A DNA stretch of 64,000 nt from Owenia fusiformis (Eukaryota), in assembly GCA_903813345.2 (NCBI GenBank), contig CAIIXF020000001.1:43586001-43650000 (forward strand), written 5' to 3'. The position numbers and the translations under genes are program-made. Within the stretch, counting starts at the first letter, position 1, and every line of letters begins with the position of its first letter. Below, piece after piece: positions 34,461 through 52,759 of this stretch. Below the pieces are notes generated by a model that did not search any database, was not told where the DNA came from, and was given only the letters and a program-made list of their open reading frames with translations.

Positions 34461-36544
34461 ATATCTAGAGGAATATTCAATTTACTTACAGTATATGAAA
34501 TCTACCATTTGGTTTTAAGAACTCTGATAAAAAAACTAATATTTCAAGTTGGAATATAATAATCTAAATCTTGTGTGTTATTACTATTATATTTTCCAAA
34601 TCATGCTAATCCTAAGGTGTTTTTTTGTTGATCATAATATGTACTTCATATTTAAAGGAATGGAGTAATTAAGAAAGGAAAATAGACAGCCAAAGAGTAT
34701 AATTCAGTATAAGTCAGCATAACACCTTGAAAATCTAAATCATAGAAGTAATCTATTTTATTTTACTTTACTTCTTTTAAATTATCCAAATTTAACCTCA
34801 CTTCATTCGAGCCATTTGTCTAAATTACTCTGTATGGTGCGGGGTTAGGATGAAGCACTTTAAGATAAGTTGGTCTAATAAGTAAGTACACTGCCATATT
34901 TGTGGTCTGGTATGCCACTGTGTTTGAAAAAAGAATGCTCAGAAGTTTTACCAAGACTCCTTATAGATATATGATGCATCTTTTGGATTCATAAATTTCA
35001 ATGGCTATCAAATGAAAGTAAATTTAACATTTTCTAGTTGTTATGTCAAAAAAGCTCAAGAATATTTTGCTGTACAATATTTACCCATGGGTACTAAAAG
35101 TTAAGGCAGTATACTAGGTTAAAGGTAATTGGATGCAGCGAACACTTATCTGTCAGCCTTCTCCGACATAAATAATGAAAATAGGGATTTCCACTGCTTT
35201 CCATTAATGAACAGTGGGAAATATTGATTTTGTGGTGTATTCTGAATCTAATTTCTGGGATTTCCGTGTTCTTCAGACTATCCATAGAGGTCATTTGTAC
35301 ATTAAAGTCTTACTGTAATGTAACTGATAACAGGGCATAATCATTTATATAAAACATCTCAGACTAAATAAGTCTTATCAGTAAATGATTGGGTTGGAGC
35401 TGATTATCATTAAAGCAGTGGTGTACTACGATAAACAATTCTAAGTCACTACAACTTCAAACCACAAATACCTCAAATAAAGCTAGACCAAGGTGAAATA
35501 TAATTCTATAAGGATTTCTGAACATGGCATCGGGGTAAGTTGTAGTTTTATGTGACTTGTTATTAATCTCTTAATCCAATGGCATGGAGTCAATGACCTT
35601 GATGAAGTCATGCATTACATATGTTGTACAAAATACATTTTGGTTATTATCTCACCCTTTGGGTGCTATATTGTGATCAGTTTGTTGGTACTCATTGGTG
35701 GATCTGGTGGACCCCTTGGGTGGGCCCAGAAAAAAAATTGTTACTACTACATTTTCTCGAATAAGCCCATGGGCCCTGAAATCAATGAGTGTTTTCCCTT
35801 GTGATAAAAGTCCATGGGGCATATTTTGAAAGGTTGTTTAAAAAGGAAATGCTGCAGACTAGGGGGAAGTTAGGTACTTCATTTTTTTTTATTAATGTTA
35901 AAACAAAGCAAAATACAGCCGTCCCAAAAAATGTACTGAGATAAGATGAAAAAAATCTGATGAACAATTTATTTTCATAAGTATTTCAAAGTTTCAATGG
36001 GTAACTTTTTTTAGTTTTAGAGAAGATTGTTTTAGTACCATCACCTATTTTTCAAATTGCATTCATTCTGTATCATGTGAAAAGTTCTACTTTCGATGAA
36101 GGAAAGAGTTATTCCCATCTCATTTGGGTATATTTTTGGGACACACTGTAATATTAAATAAATATTTGTACAAAATAGCAACATTTTAGACATACATGTA
36201 CAAAATTAGGTCCAATAATTTGAGAATTAGTTTCAATATGGACATACCCCAAAGGTGTTATTGGAAAATCTTGTATTGGTTTTTTGGCTTTATTTATGTA
36301 CACAATGGTATGATCCAACAATAGAATGCATCTATTATTGCACCCTGTTATTGGAATTCTACACTTCCTTGGTTAATAAATGAAATCATTGGTTTTTATT
36401 GCCAATATACAATAAAAGTGCTCTGATCAAGGTTCAGTTTTTTCATGGTGCAAATAAAAAGCTGTTTACTGAGAATTTAATACAGGGATTTCAGTTTAAG
36501 TACTTGAAGTTTTACAATATAGAGAGGTAAAGAAACGTACAATT

Positions 36545-40224
<3,680 letters not shown>

Positions 40225-43200
40225 AGGTCAATGTCATGCGTGATAGATCCAGAGACATCAGTATTGTCTACGTATTAGATCTAAACATTATGAATGTTTG
40301 TTATCCTTGGACAATTCATCCATTTTGATATCCATCTCAATACAAGGGGTTGCGATGTCTTTTCTATTTATGTTTTGTTACATCTAGTCTAGGGAAAAAG
40401 ATCTTATTGTTTATTTATTACTTATTTCATTGGTTATTGTCGCCTGTAGTCTGTATTTAAGTATAAACAAATACATAGGTAGTGAGCTAGCACCGAAAAA
40501 TGTATCGGTTTCTGAACAAATTGATTTTACTTGTTTCTTATGTATTTTTATGTGATACTTCAGAAATTTTTTGTCTGACACGCCATATCTGGGGCCAAAG
40601 TTGTCAAAATGGGGGTTTTAATCCCGAAATGGAAAATTACAAGGGATACATTATCATAACTGAATAATTCGTTCAGTTGATCTTCAATCATCATAATAAT
40701 TTTATTAAGAGTTGATGTGATCACTCTGAGGTCGTATGGAAAGTTTCAATGGTCTGTCACTCACGGTTGTCATGGAAACCACAATTTTTGTTGAAAAAAT
40801 CCTTCATTTTAGTAAAACCTGTACCTGTACATAATATAGAATGTGGATTATTTTTCAAATCAACAGATATTTGAATATTTTAGCACTCTCAAACTCATTA
40901 GGGCAATTCAAACATTTGTTTAAATATAAAGGATATTGCTTTATAGTGTTTGTCCACCAAGATGTCTCATGACCAAATATCTTCCAGTGAATGCTTTTAA
41001 TATGAGTGTTTGTAAAAACTATAAATGAGATTCACTTTCAATTTATTATTAATAAAGAAAAATCTTGATTTCCACAACAACAGTACATGTATTTATCCTA
41101 TAACACCACCAGCTCATAATTAAATCAACAATTGCAATAGTTATAGGCTATAGTATGGATAAAACTAATAATTGTCATTTTCAAGGGAAATGTATTCCTC
41201 TGGATAGCATTGTCAGTCGTTATTACTGTCATTGGTATTTTTATGTGTCATAAGGAATAGGGATGTTTCTTTCCTCTGAGTGAAGGGCACCAGACTTCAT
41301 CGACTGTTTCTTCTTTTGTTGAATGATATTTATTGCATTATCACGTTCTTGCCAATGGGAACACAATGTAGCCATGTCATATGAGATAATTAAGAATAAT
41401 ACAAAACTGTTCTGAGGGAAAATAACAAAATATTTAGGTTAGATGTTTTGCTATTACAGGACACAATGAATTGTACCTGATCTATTGCACTTGTTTCTTG
41501 TAAGCTAGCCTTTAACGTCCCGATGTAAAGTTTGAAAATATGTTTTTCTCATTCACTTTTTACTCATTGTCATATTTTTGAAAACGTTTCCTACCATTTT
41601 TCAAATAAAAGTTGAAATTTTTAGCCTAATCATTAAATATTACATTATACAGTGCAAAAAACATTATCTTTTTAACACTACTATGCAACGATCGAACAAA
41701 GGACACACTATTTCAATAATAAAATGTCATATCTGATGTGCCATTTCAATGTTTTAACATATCAAAAATGTTTTGCAACCTAAGTGACCTCATCGTGACA
41801 TCACTCGAGCGACGAAAACTTTTTAAAAGAATTGAAATTCTTTCTGTGTTAATCTTTTCTAAATATGCTTAACTTAAAAAAAAACAATGTCGATTGTCTA
41901 ACCAGATTAAAAGGAAGAATATATCCTGATTTAAATATTTGATTATAGTACCTTTGGTTTCTATGAGAACTTAAATTTTGAAATGCATTTTTCTCTTACC
42001 ATCTTCATAAATGGATGAGTTCACTTCATGCATATTTATGAACCAATTTTTAAGGCAAAAAACATGTGAGGATGACTGCTATGTGTTTGTGTGAATTATC
42101 GTTTTTCAAAATAAGTGATAAGTGTTATCTCTAAAAGTTTAAATAAATTCATCATTTTCAAACAAAAGTTTTACATACTTTGATAACATTTGGTAAGACT
42201 ACAATATAAGCCAAAGTGGTTTAAACTTTATATGGGGCTCCTTATATTCGGGCTACAATCTTCTAAAGCTGCAAACAAGAATATCATGCTTTAAATTACT
42301 TTCAAATTATTGACTCCTTAGTCCTAGAGTTAAATCCTTTAACATTTATATCAATTTATGTAGAATTTTAGGCCATGCCCTACTGTATGAAAGGATAAGT
42401 GTAATATAGAACCTTTGGGTCTCTATAGTAGGCTAAGTTGTTTGGGATAAAGTTGATCAAGTGAATAGACTGAGCAATTAACTATTGAAACCTTTTTATC
42501 ATCACAGATTGAAAAGAATATTTTGAGTAAAGTATACATACGTAAGGCAAACATACAATAAACAGAGATATAGTTCATAGGATATGAAGTGGGGACTGTT
42601 GTACATGTTAAACATCGTTTTTAGGGATTACTATATCTGAAATAAGGTTAGTGCAAAAAGCTTTGTTTTACTTATTTGAAATGAAGAAAATATGGATTTT
42701 GATTTGATATTAGGAGTATTTAAATAAGTCAAGTTCACAAAGTGTAAAACCTTAAGGTTCAGCTGGAAAGTAACATTTTGGTAAAAATTGCAATACCTGC
42801 ACATGTTATTTTCTGGTACAAAATTAAGTATGAAGGCATGTGTGTATTTCCTTGCTTTTTTCAGGAAAGTATCATTACACTGTCTACTTTAGTAAACCTG
42901 GAAACGGGCCAGTGGTAGCTCCTGTGTTGTCTGGAAACTTTGAAAGAAAATTTGGAAAAATAGAAAGTGTGAGATATCAGATTTTCCTGGAGTTCCCATT
43001 GAACTCCTACCAGATATTCTAAAAGAAGACAATGTAATGATACTTTCCTGAAAAAAAGCAAGGAAATTGACAAACGTCTTCATACTTTATTTTGTACCAG
43101 AAAATAACATGTGCAGGTATAGCAATTTTTCACCAAAATGTTATTTTCCAGCTGTACCGGTTATTCTTTCCATTCAACATTTTGGTAAAAAATTGCTATA

Positions 43201-43260
43201 CCTGCACATGTTATTTTCTGGTACAAAATAAAGTATGAAGGCATCTGTGTATTTTCATGG

Positions 43261-45343
43261 TTTTTATCACACCATCGGTGGGATATAGTCGTCATACTGG
43301 TCGTGGTCGTGATCGTGATCGTCCCGCTTTTTGTCATCGCCGTTTAAGGAAAACTGCTCATCAGATTTTCTCCAAATTCGCAGAGATGATAGAGCATATG
43401 AAGTACTAGAGCTGATTAACTTTTGGGTGGCCATCTTGTTTTCTGGCGGCCATTTTGAAGGTTTTTCGAAAAATCTTCTCATCGCCATTTCAGGAAAACC
43501 GCTCATTGGATTTCCTTCAAATTTACACAAATGATAGAGGATATAATACTAGAGCTGATTAAGTTTTGGGCGGCCATCTTGTTTTCTGGTGGCCATTTTG
43601 AAGGTTTTTGAAAAATCTTGTCATTGCCGTTTCAGGAAAACCGCTCATCGGATTTCCTTCAAATTCGCACAGATGATAGAGGATATCAAGTACTACAGGG
43701 CGTCCACAAAAAAAGTATACCCAACTTCAATGCCAGGTTGCTAGAATTCTGAGCAATTTTTCTAAAATACAAAGGTAGCAGTAAAAGGCCTAGTTTGTCC
43801 TCCATCCAATGGTACCTAGATCATTTTGTAACTGTCACTGTTGACTGAGCAATCATGACTTTTATGAAAGGTTGTAAAATCAGCAGTGTGCCAAGTGTTA
43901 TATTTACGTTATGAGATGTTGTTATATAAAATCCAACATAAAATGTTAAATGATGTTCCAATATTTATTAATGTTCAGGATAAATCCTACGCTAGTTGTA
44001 AAAGTTACATGTTGATATTATCCTGTTTCTTAGCTCAAAAGCTAACGGTTTTAAGTGTTAATTTAGAATTTCGATAGCAAGTTATGTATTTTTGAAGTTT
44101 AAATCTAAATGATGTTTGTGTTGCTTAAACCAAGAATGTCCGAAAAGGTGATTCTGTACTGGAAAGATGCTATATTAACCAGATTCAAAAGAATGTTAAG
44201 ACCGCCTCTTTTCCATACAAGGAATGCTAACGAAAGTAACACTCTTAAAATTTGAACCATACAATACAAGTTAGCATTCAAGTAGGAATGACACTGTGAA
44301 TGTTTTTTTGTGTTAAAAACATTGTTAATGTTCAAATTGATACTTGTTTTATGTTCTTTACACTTTTACATAATTTTCCATAACTTTTAGTTGGTACCTC
44401 CCTCTCGAGAAATTGGATCCGAAGAGTCTCTTGAACAGCAATGAAACTTCTACAATGCTGATATGCAGCTTTGAAGTCAATTGTATCCCCATGTAAAGTC
44501 AATAACCCTTGCTGAAATCCTCATTTTCTCAGAACAACTCGAGTTTATTGAGGCTAAACAAGTAGATTCATGTTGGACAGTATTGCCAGAATCCATTTTC
44601 AATAGTGAGAATAGGGGTTCTATAAACAGTACACGGGACTTGCTTTTTAGAACCTTTTGTTGGCTACTGCTCAGGTGTCAGTTGAACCATTTTTACAGGC
44701 CTATTTTAAAGTAATTTAAGCTTTTTGCGGAACCTTTTTTCATAAGAGAGTTACTTAGTCCCAAGTCCAGTTCAGTATGGAAGGCCTGTCCTCTAACTTA
44801 ATGTAACAGAAAAAAGAATACTAAGCCAATTACACATCAATTGCCAAACAGGAAGGTAACTTGGCACAGTGCTAGATTTACCACCTCTCATAATGGTCAA
44901 GATTACCCAGTCATACATGTCATTTACATTATGATCTTGGTTCCATTTGATGGAGAATAAATCAGGCTTTTTACTGCTACCTTTGTATTTAAAAGAAACT
45001 GCTTAGGATTCTAGTAATTTGGATTTGAAGTTGGGTATACTTTTTTTGTGGACGCCCTGTAGAGCTGATTAACTTTTGGGCGGCCATCTTGTTTTCTGGT
45101 GGCCATTTTTAAGGTTTTTCGAAAAATCTTGTCATTGCCATTTCAGGAAAACTGCTCGTCGGATTTCCTGTACATGATAGGGGATATCAAGTTCTAGCAC
45201 TTATTAAATTTTGGGTGGCCATTTTGTTTTCTGGCGGCCATTTTGAAGGTTTTTCGATAAATCTTCTCATCGCCATAATAGGAGAACAGTTTTCCTGGTT
45301 CATAGTGTCTGGTGTGATCTCGTTCACGTCCTGTGCCTTGTTT
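43261..45343 (+). mobile_element. Helentron/HINE-like element with about 143-bp internal tandem repeats
   Basis: 5' hairpin tttttatcacacc..ggtgggata, a (tcgtga/tcgtgg)n tract, repeated agagctgattaacttttggg.ggccatcttgttttctgg units, and 3' ggtgtgat...gccttgttt. Inserted in a T run. Confidence 0.7.
43696..45059. mobile_element. Tc1/mariner-like non-autonomous element, 1364 bp
   Basis: TA-cagggcgtccacaaaaaaagtatacccaacttcaa ... ttgaagttgggtatactttttttgtggacgccctg-TA. Sister repeat units show the empty site aagtacTAgagctg. Confidence 0.9.
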
Positions 45344-48300
45344 CAGGAAAGTATCATTGCACTGTCTTCTTTTAGTAAACCTAGTAATAGGTCAATGGTA
45401 ACTTCAGGAAATGCTGATATTTCAAGAAAAATCATTCAAAATGGCCGCCTTTTCAATTTTCCAAATTAATTGTTCTCCAAGTTTCTCCATAACACTGGAT
45501 TTCCAATGACCAATTCCAAGGTTTGCTTAGAGAAGACAATGTAATGATACCTTCTTGAAAAAAGCAAGGAAATAATGCCTTCACATGCCTTCATACTTTA
45601 TTTTGTACCAGAAAATAACATGGGCAGGTATAGGAATTTTTTCAAAAATTTGGGTTGGAAAGAATAACCTTAAAACCTTTCCTTAGAATCCTCCAAGACC
45701 TTCAGAATTGTGCCGATTTTCAAGTCAAAATGAGTGTCATTTTGGCATGTAAAATACTGCACCATTTAAAGGTTTGCGTGAGACCCCCCTCACCAGTAGC
45801 AGTGGGACTCACACGGTCCTAACTCACCGGGGCGTATCGAAACCAAAACGCCCCGCAAAACCGTTAATTTGAATTTCAAATCTATCCTTTCTTTGGAAAA
45901 TCAATGATTGTGCGTCTCAAAGTACACCGTTTTCCTTCAAACTTGTTCCATTAAAACCTTCACAGAAATGCCTTTCACTCGAGACATTGCTTTTGTGTAC
46001 AGAGTCACTCGTTTTAGCGGCGTTTTGGTTTTGGTTCCCAGATGTGAGATGATGCAAATCCTCAGAGATTTCAACCAAAAGCCTCGATATATCGCCAGTT
46101 CTTTAATTATTCTCCCCATATTTTGCACAAGGACTCCCATTAGAACACTCCATCTCTTCGTCAACATATTTATTACATTGAACGCAGCAATTTCCAAAGG
46201 TCCTACGCATCTGTTCGAAATTGATCAAAACGCCCCGTTCTCTTCCAAAACGCCCCGTTGGATATCTATACAACTTATCTAGATACTAAAATATGACAGG
46301 TTCTAAGCTGCTGATAATTTGTAAACAAATCTGACTAATATCTTTCTTCTAACTAGTATTATGCGAAAAGGGTTTTTTTGCATTTTGCATTTGGTTAAGT
46401 TGGCTCTCAAGCACGGACTTGAAGCACCCAGTGGCATTTGGACCATTCCTTGTCCACGTCACAATGACATGTAAATGAAAGGCATCCAATGAACCAACTA
46501 ATGAATTGCTTTAATCCCTACAAGGCATTTCAAGTCAAAGTGCCCCTATTTTCATGGGTTAGCTCCATTATAACAAGGACGTCTATCTATCGTCTATCTA
46601 GGAGATAGACGTCCTTGATTCATAATGACTTGCATAAAGTAGACGATCAATTACTATATTTTGGTTGCATAGTGATTAAAAATGTATCACGAGACGACTA
46701 TTTTCAGTGAAGGAGCGGATGTATAAGAGTGTATCGGTATAATTAAATATTTTTGCCTTGGATGTCATATAGTAAAATTAAATTATGGCATGAACATAGT
46801 CGTGGCAAAATGTTCTATGTGCTATAATATTGCATATCATCCCGAGTGTAAAGTTGAAGATGATGATATGATACGCATTACACGACGCACGTATGCACAA
46901 TAAAAAGATAATTTGGAGAGAATACGCTAGACAAGGATGTAAAAATATAAAAACATTCTTGATAGGACAAGCTTTTTAAAACACAAATAGTGTTTTATCA
47001 TTTCAAGTAGTAACTGCATATCTTCATTTAATTGTGTGATGAAAAATGTAAAAAAGTTAAAACCACTCTGTTTAAATGCAGGTATATAAATAAGCTTAAA
47101 TAAATAAATATGCTGCAATGGTTGAGTCTTTCTGTGAGAGTACTAGTGATCACAAAAGTATATCATTTTTCAGTTGCATCAGAAATATAAAGAACATGTT
47201 TTGTTTTGTATGTCTCTGGTTACATGTACATCATTACATTAACTGATCCGCTCTCGGTCGATAATTTATAATTCATACTGTTGAAAATGCATGAATTTAA
47301 CATGGCATGCTATAGCTGTAGGGGTGTAGTTCATCTATGACCCCTGTTACACAGGCCAGTTGAAATGCTTCGTTACGAAGCAATTTGACAAAAAGCTTCG
47401 TAACGAAGCAATTTTGGGCCTTCGTTGGAAAAGCTTAGTTGATAACGAAGCAATTGAGTAGAAAATTCAACGAAGGTTAGCTCCCAACGAAGCTTTGTTG
47501 GCCTGTGTAACAGGTAGCTTCGTTAGAAAATGCTTAGTTGGCGGTTTGCGCATGCGCGTAATAAAGAGCACATTCATCATTTTGTATTAAATGAGAGGAA
47601 TCGCGAGGAAAGAACATGTTTTTAAGTACGTATTATTATAATGCTACGTTTTGATTAAAATAATTACCTATTTGCGTCACTGATTGACGCTAACTCAAGC
47701 CCTAAACGCCACGTACAAATGTGATTTACCGTCTTCGTAGCATTTCATTCGATTCCCTGCCTTTCCTCGCATTGATATGACAAAAAGTATTAAACTAAAA
47801 ACGCAGGTTTTACCGTATATAGTTTTGAAACGTTTATCTGATCTATAGAGAATAAACCTAGAATATTTAAATGTCCCTCTTTCGGAAAACTCCGTCTCAA
47901 GTGTGGAAGGGTAAACTTTTGAAAGAGGGGGGGGGGTCTTGGAAATGCATATACAATATTTTTCAGCTCTCTTATACCATATACAATATTTTTTTACCCC
48001 TTTTATACCATATACAATATTTTTCACAGCTCTTATACCATATACGATATTTTAGGTGAAATACAATATACGATAATTTTGAAACTGCTTTTGATTAAAG
48101 TTTGGATATTTATAAGGAAATAATATTAGGAGAGAATCCATGTACTAAAGTAAATGTATTATTATAAGGGAAATAGACTCCACATACATACCACAATGAT
48201 TTCATTTATTACATTAGGAATAAGACACCATTCGGGTACATCCACATGTTCAGAAAAGCTATGACCACATTTTATTTTCAGGTAAACAAGTTGATTTAAA

Positions 48301-49052
48301 ACACATTTATGATTAAGATTCATGACTTATCTTTAGTGTTTCACAACCTACTTTGACCAAAAAACTAACTTTAACATTTCTGCAATTTGCTAAAGCCATT
48401 AGCCCATTACCTGTAAAAGTACCATAAAGATATTCAAAATTAGCACAAAACCTGCATCATTGGAATGGGTGGAACTCAGTGTTCCTCTTTCTTATGACCT
48501 ACTTTCCCATGACATATTTTAATGTCAATGGAATCTTTCATAGTGAGCCAGGGAAAAGAATTGATGCAAAATTGAGAATGTGGAATAAAAGATTCATCAT
48601 GTGTTCTATGAAAATAAAGTTTGCTGAGGAAAATATGTATCAGATAGGTAATGAAGATTCACAATGCACAATAATTTTGTAAAGCAGTTACCTGAAAATA
48701 TTAAGTATTGAAAACAGTTTCAGAAGTAAAGGACTTCACAAACTTCCATGTAGATAATTCATTTTTGATTGGACTCGAGTCTGGAAATTAGAGTTTGAAA
48801 TAAAGGCAAAACGAGACTTGATTGTTTAAACATTTGAAACAAGAGACACTTCGGGGTTTTAGATAAGGCAGCCTTAAAGACAGTATAAGTTAAACAAAGG
48901 TGTGTCAAAATAAAGCAAATTTCCATAAAGTTCAAACCACATGTTTCACGAATGATTTCAAGGCAAAGATGTATTGATGAGAATGAAAACTACTCTATGC
49001 AACTAGAAATAACTTTGTTTTAAAAGACCACAAACGGTATCGCAACAGATTT

Positions 49053-49438
49053 CAGTCTTGTATTGGATTTTGGCTATTTTCTGAGGATTTGAACAGGTGC
49101 ATATGTTAGGCCAATGCATTAACTCCAGAACAAGCAATCATAGAGATTATAAAATAATTTGGACTTTAAGTCAGGGAAGGTGCAAATTTGCACCCCATCA
49201 ACATGTTTTTTCTGTAATGTTGTCCTGATTTCCAGCCCTTTCCACACCTGTTTTTCAATGTTTGTTGCATCGATCACTCTGTTGCGTTTTAAATAAAAAT
49301 ATGATTCATGCAGGGGTTTTAAAGATATCAATTTTGAATGACCAAAATTTAGCTGAAAACAATGGATCACATGAGTTTTCCCTAACATATGCACCTGTTC
49401 AAATCCCCAATAAATAGCCGAAATCCAACATATGACAG
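49053..49438. mobile_element. MITE, about 390 bp
   Basis: Inverted arms ggatttgaacaggtgcatatgttagg / cctaacatatgcacctgttcaaatcc. Confidence 0.7.
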
Positions 49439-49612
49439 TTTGAAGACCAAATAAAAACCTTTCGCTATATTATGCTTTGCATTGTGATGCTTGTATTAAA
49501 AAACATGTGCTGTATGAACACTTTATACTCAAATATTTTAATGATTTATCCCACATACCCCGAAACACGAGTAGCCATAGTGACCATATTTTTCATCAAA
49601 GTTAAGATGAGT

Positions 49613-50160
49613 CAACGTCCCCAACGTGCAAATGCCAATGTTTTTGCTATAAATCAAGCAACAATGGTCTGTGCGACCTGTAATAAATATATAAGCAACG
49701 TTTTTATCACAAAATTCTTTGCCGGTTTTTTAAAATAATTTTCCAAATGATAAATAAAAAATAATCGAATAATTGAACGGAGGGGGGGGGGGTGAACGGA
49801 GGGGGGTGGGGTGGAGTAATATGTCTTTAAGGTGGAAGAAATTTCCACAAATTCGTGTACTTGAAAAATGAACTCACTTACTCAGTAACTTGATGTTACA
49901 ACTCTGAAAAGTGAAAAATGGTGACATATGGAGTTAATGGAAGTTTTCATATGCCTTATAGACACATTACTCCCCCCTCCGTTCAATTTTAATAACGTTC
50001 GATTACTTTTTATATAACGTATGGTAACGTGTTTTACAAAACCAATGATTACAATAGTTTTGTGATAATTACTTCACTTACAAGTATTTATTACAGGTCG
50101 TGTAGACCCCTGTTGGTTGATTTATAGAAAAAAATTGGCATTTGCACGTTGTCGACGCTG
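49613..50160. mobile_element. Degenerate palindromic MITE, about 550 bp
   Basis: caacgtgcaaatgccaat / attggcatttgcacgttg and attgaacggagggggg / cccccctccgttcaat. Confidence 0.6.
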
Positions 50161-50859
50161 CACTTTTTTAATAGATCTTTTATTTTAGAACTCCACCGTT
50201 CAAAAAATCCAAGAAGACCTAACATATTCCCCCGTCCACTGCGTCTATTCATTTAGCCATTCAATTGTAAACTTTCTCTTGAAAAAATAAATCTTCGAGA
50301 TTTGTTGAATTTTCTACCAAAAATCAGCTAGATCTACCCCCCCCCTTCGTTCATTTCTTCTGATCATCCGGCGTGATTCTTATTTGAGACTATATTTAAC
50401 ACCTCCTGTGAAAATTTGAAGGGCACAAAACTCTTAGTTTGAGAAGGATTTTTTCTAAACTTACAGTATTGATTGACCTGGAATGTGGAACCAATTAGAG
50501 AGACTACTTTTCCATGTTTTTCCAACACGGTTACAGTAAGAGAGTTGGCACAATAGGGAACTTTAGGGTGCACTTTCTTCATAATTAGCCTTTTTAATTC
50601 TAGATACCATATACCATATATTTTCTATTATACCATATACCATATTAGGAGAGTGGGAGATCCAGCAAAAAGGCCTTATTTGTTGACCTTAATTAAGATA
50701 GCTTGCAACCGCATGAGTCATACCTGACTTTCATAATATGAATATGCAGATTTCAAAAATGACAATAATAAAAATTGAAAAATGGCCGATCACTATGGAA
50801 ACGAGACGCAAAAGCCACGCCCACTTTTTAAATTTCTTACTTGGTGGTTAATACATTTT

Positions 50860-52640
50860 AGACTGTAACTTTCTCGATTTTTAACAAATCTTCACATTAT
50901 TGGTATCTGCTGAAGCGTAATAATGAGTTCTTTCACCTCAAGCATAAATAATGTTAATTCGCTCATTTGCATATCAATTATGACGTCATAACCCTTCTTT
51001 TGGCCTCAATTTTCCATATAGTTACAACAAAGTAACAGTGTTTTATTAGTTACACTTCTTAAAAATGGATAAAAGTAGGTAAATATAGTGCCAATACAAG
51101 CAAGAGTATGTAGGCTTTTCGGATATACTGATATTGAAGGCTGCATGTTGGTTAGAATAACATAAAAACTCGTTGCCATGGTTACCGTGAACTTTTCAGT
51201 AATTTAGGCAATAAAACGTTTTGGACTGTAACTTTCTTTGTTTTTAAGCAATCTTAGCATTATTGGTATCAGAAGAAGCGAAATAATAAGTTCTTTCACC
51301 GCAAGCATAAATTATGTTAATTGACTCATTTGCGTATCCATTGTGACGTCATACCCCTTATTTTGGCCTCGATTTTCCATATATTTACAATAAAATAACA
51401 GTGTTTTATTAGTTAAACTTCTTAGAATGGATGAACGTTGATAAATACAGTGCCAATACAAGCAAGAGTATGTCAGCTTTTTGGATATACTGATATTGAA
51501 GGGTGCATGTTGGATAGAATATCATAAAATCTCGTTTCCATGGTTACTGTGAACTTTTCAGGAATTTAGGCAATAAATACTTTTTGGACTGGAACTTTCT
51601 TTGTTTTTAAGCAATCTTAGCATTATTGGTATCAGAAGAAGTGAAATAATAAGTTCTTTCACCGTAAGCATAAATTATGTTTATTGGTTCATTTGCGTAT
51701 CCATTATGACGTCATAGCCCTTCTTTTGGCCTCGATTTTCCATATATTTACAATAAAATAACAGTGTTTTATTAGTTAAACTTCTTGAAAATGGATGAAA
51801 GTAGGTAAATGCGGTGCCAATACAAGCAAGAGTATGTCGGCTTTTCGGATATACTGATATTGAAGGCTGCATGTTAGTTAGAATAACATAAAAACTCGTT
51901 GCCATGGTTACCGTGAACTTTTCAGCAATTTAGTCAATAAAAACATTTTGGACTGTAACTTTCTTTATTTTTAAGCAATCTTAGTATTATTGGTATCAGA
52001 AGAAGCGTAATAATAAGTTCTTTCACATCCTGCATAAATTATGTTAATTAGCTTTATATTTACATATACATTATGACGTCATAACCCTTGCTTTGGCATC
52101 AATATTCCAAGGAGGATTGGCTCCCAGAGTGCAACATCGATATTCTGCCCCATATATGGGTATGTCGTGCTACAAAATTTGAATTCCAACGACCGCCATT
52201 TTGTTCACTTCAACATTTGAATCGTGAATTTTCGTCTTATTTCCCAACGAAAAATTCCAAAACTCACAAGAAATGATCGAGATATTGGTTCGAATATTTT
52301 GAACTGTTTATTTTGAATTTATAATCGGTTATAAATTCAGAAAATAACGACATTTCGGCGTTTTCATTGTTGGAAAATATCGACTTCGATTCTGGGAGCC
52401 AATCCTCCTTGCAATATTCCATATATTAAAAATATGATAAGATTGTTTCAATGGCCTCACGTCTTAATAATGGTTAAAAGTAGGTATATGTATTGCCAAT
52501 ACAAAGAAGAGTATGTCAATCATCTAGATATACTGATAACTTAAAGTCTTCATGTTGGTAAGCATACCATAAACACTCGTTCCCATGGTTACAATGTACT
52601 TTTTAGTCGATGAATCCTATTTTGACTAACTTTCTTGGTT
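50860..52640. repeat. Tandem repeat of about 363 bp (4-5 copies) within the Academ-like element
   Basis: gactgtaactttct (or a variant) at 50861, 51224, 51587 and 51951. Conserved gccaatacaagcaagagtatg and tgacgtcata motifs. Confidence 0.9.
52108..52411. mobile_element. P-element/hAT-like MITE
   Basis: TIR caaggaggattggctcccaga / tctgggagccaatcctccttg. Perfect 8-bp TSD caatattc. Confidence 0.85.
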
Positions 52641-52759
52641 TTTAACCATCTTATATTAACGATATAAACGATGTGTATTATGGTGTCATGATAGCAGAGT
52701 TAGATCTCCTTTGCCTGCTTTTGAGCTCTCAAAGCTCTTCATTTTATAACTTATCTGGT

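Larger units (their letters stand above)
42756..45669. mobile_element. Two adjacent related palindromic MITEs bounded by TTAA (Kolobok-like); the second is interrupted by insertions
   Basis: ttaa-ggttcagctggaaa...ttccagctgtacc (42756-43159), then ggttattctttcca...tggaaagaataacc-ttaa (43160-45669). Shared arm cctgcacatgttattttctggtacaaaat. Confidence 0.65.
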
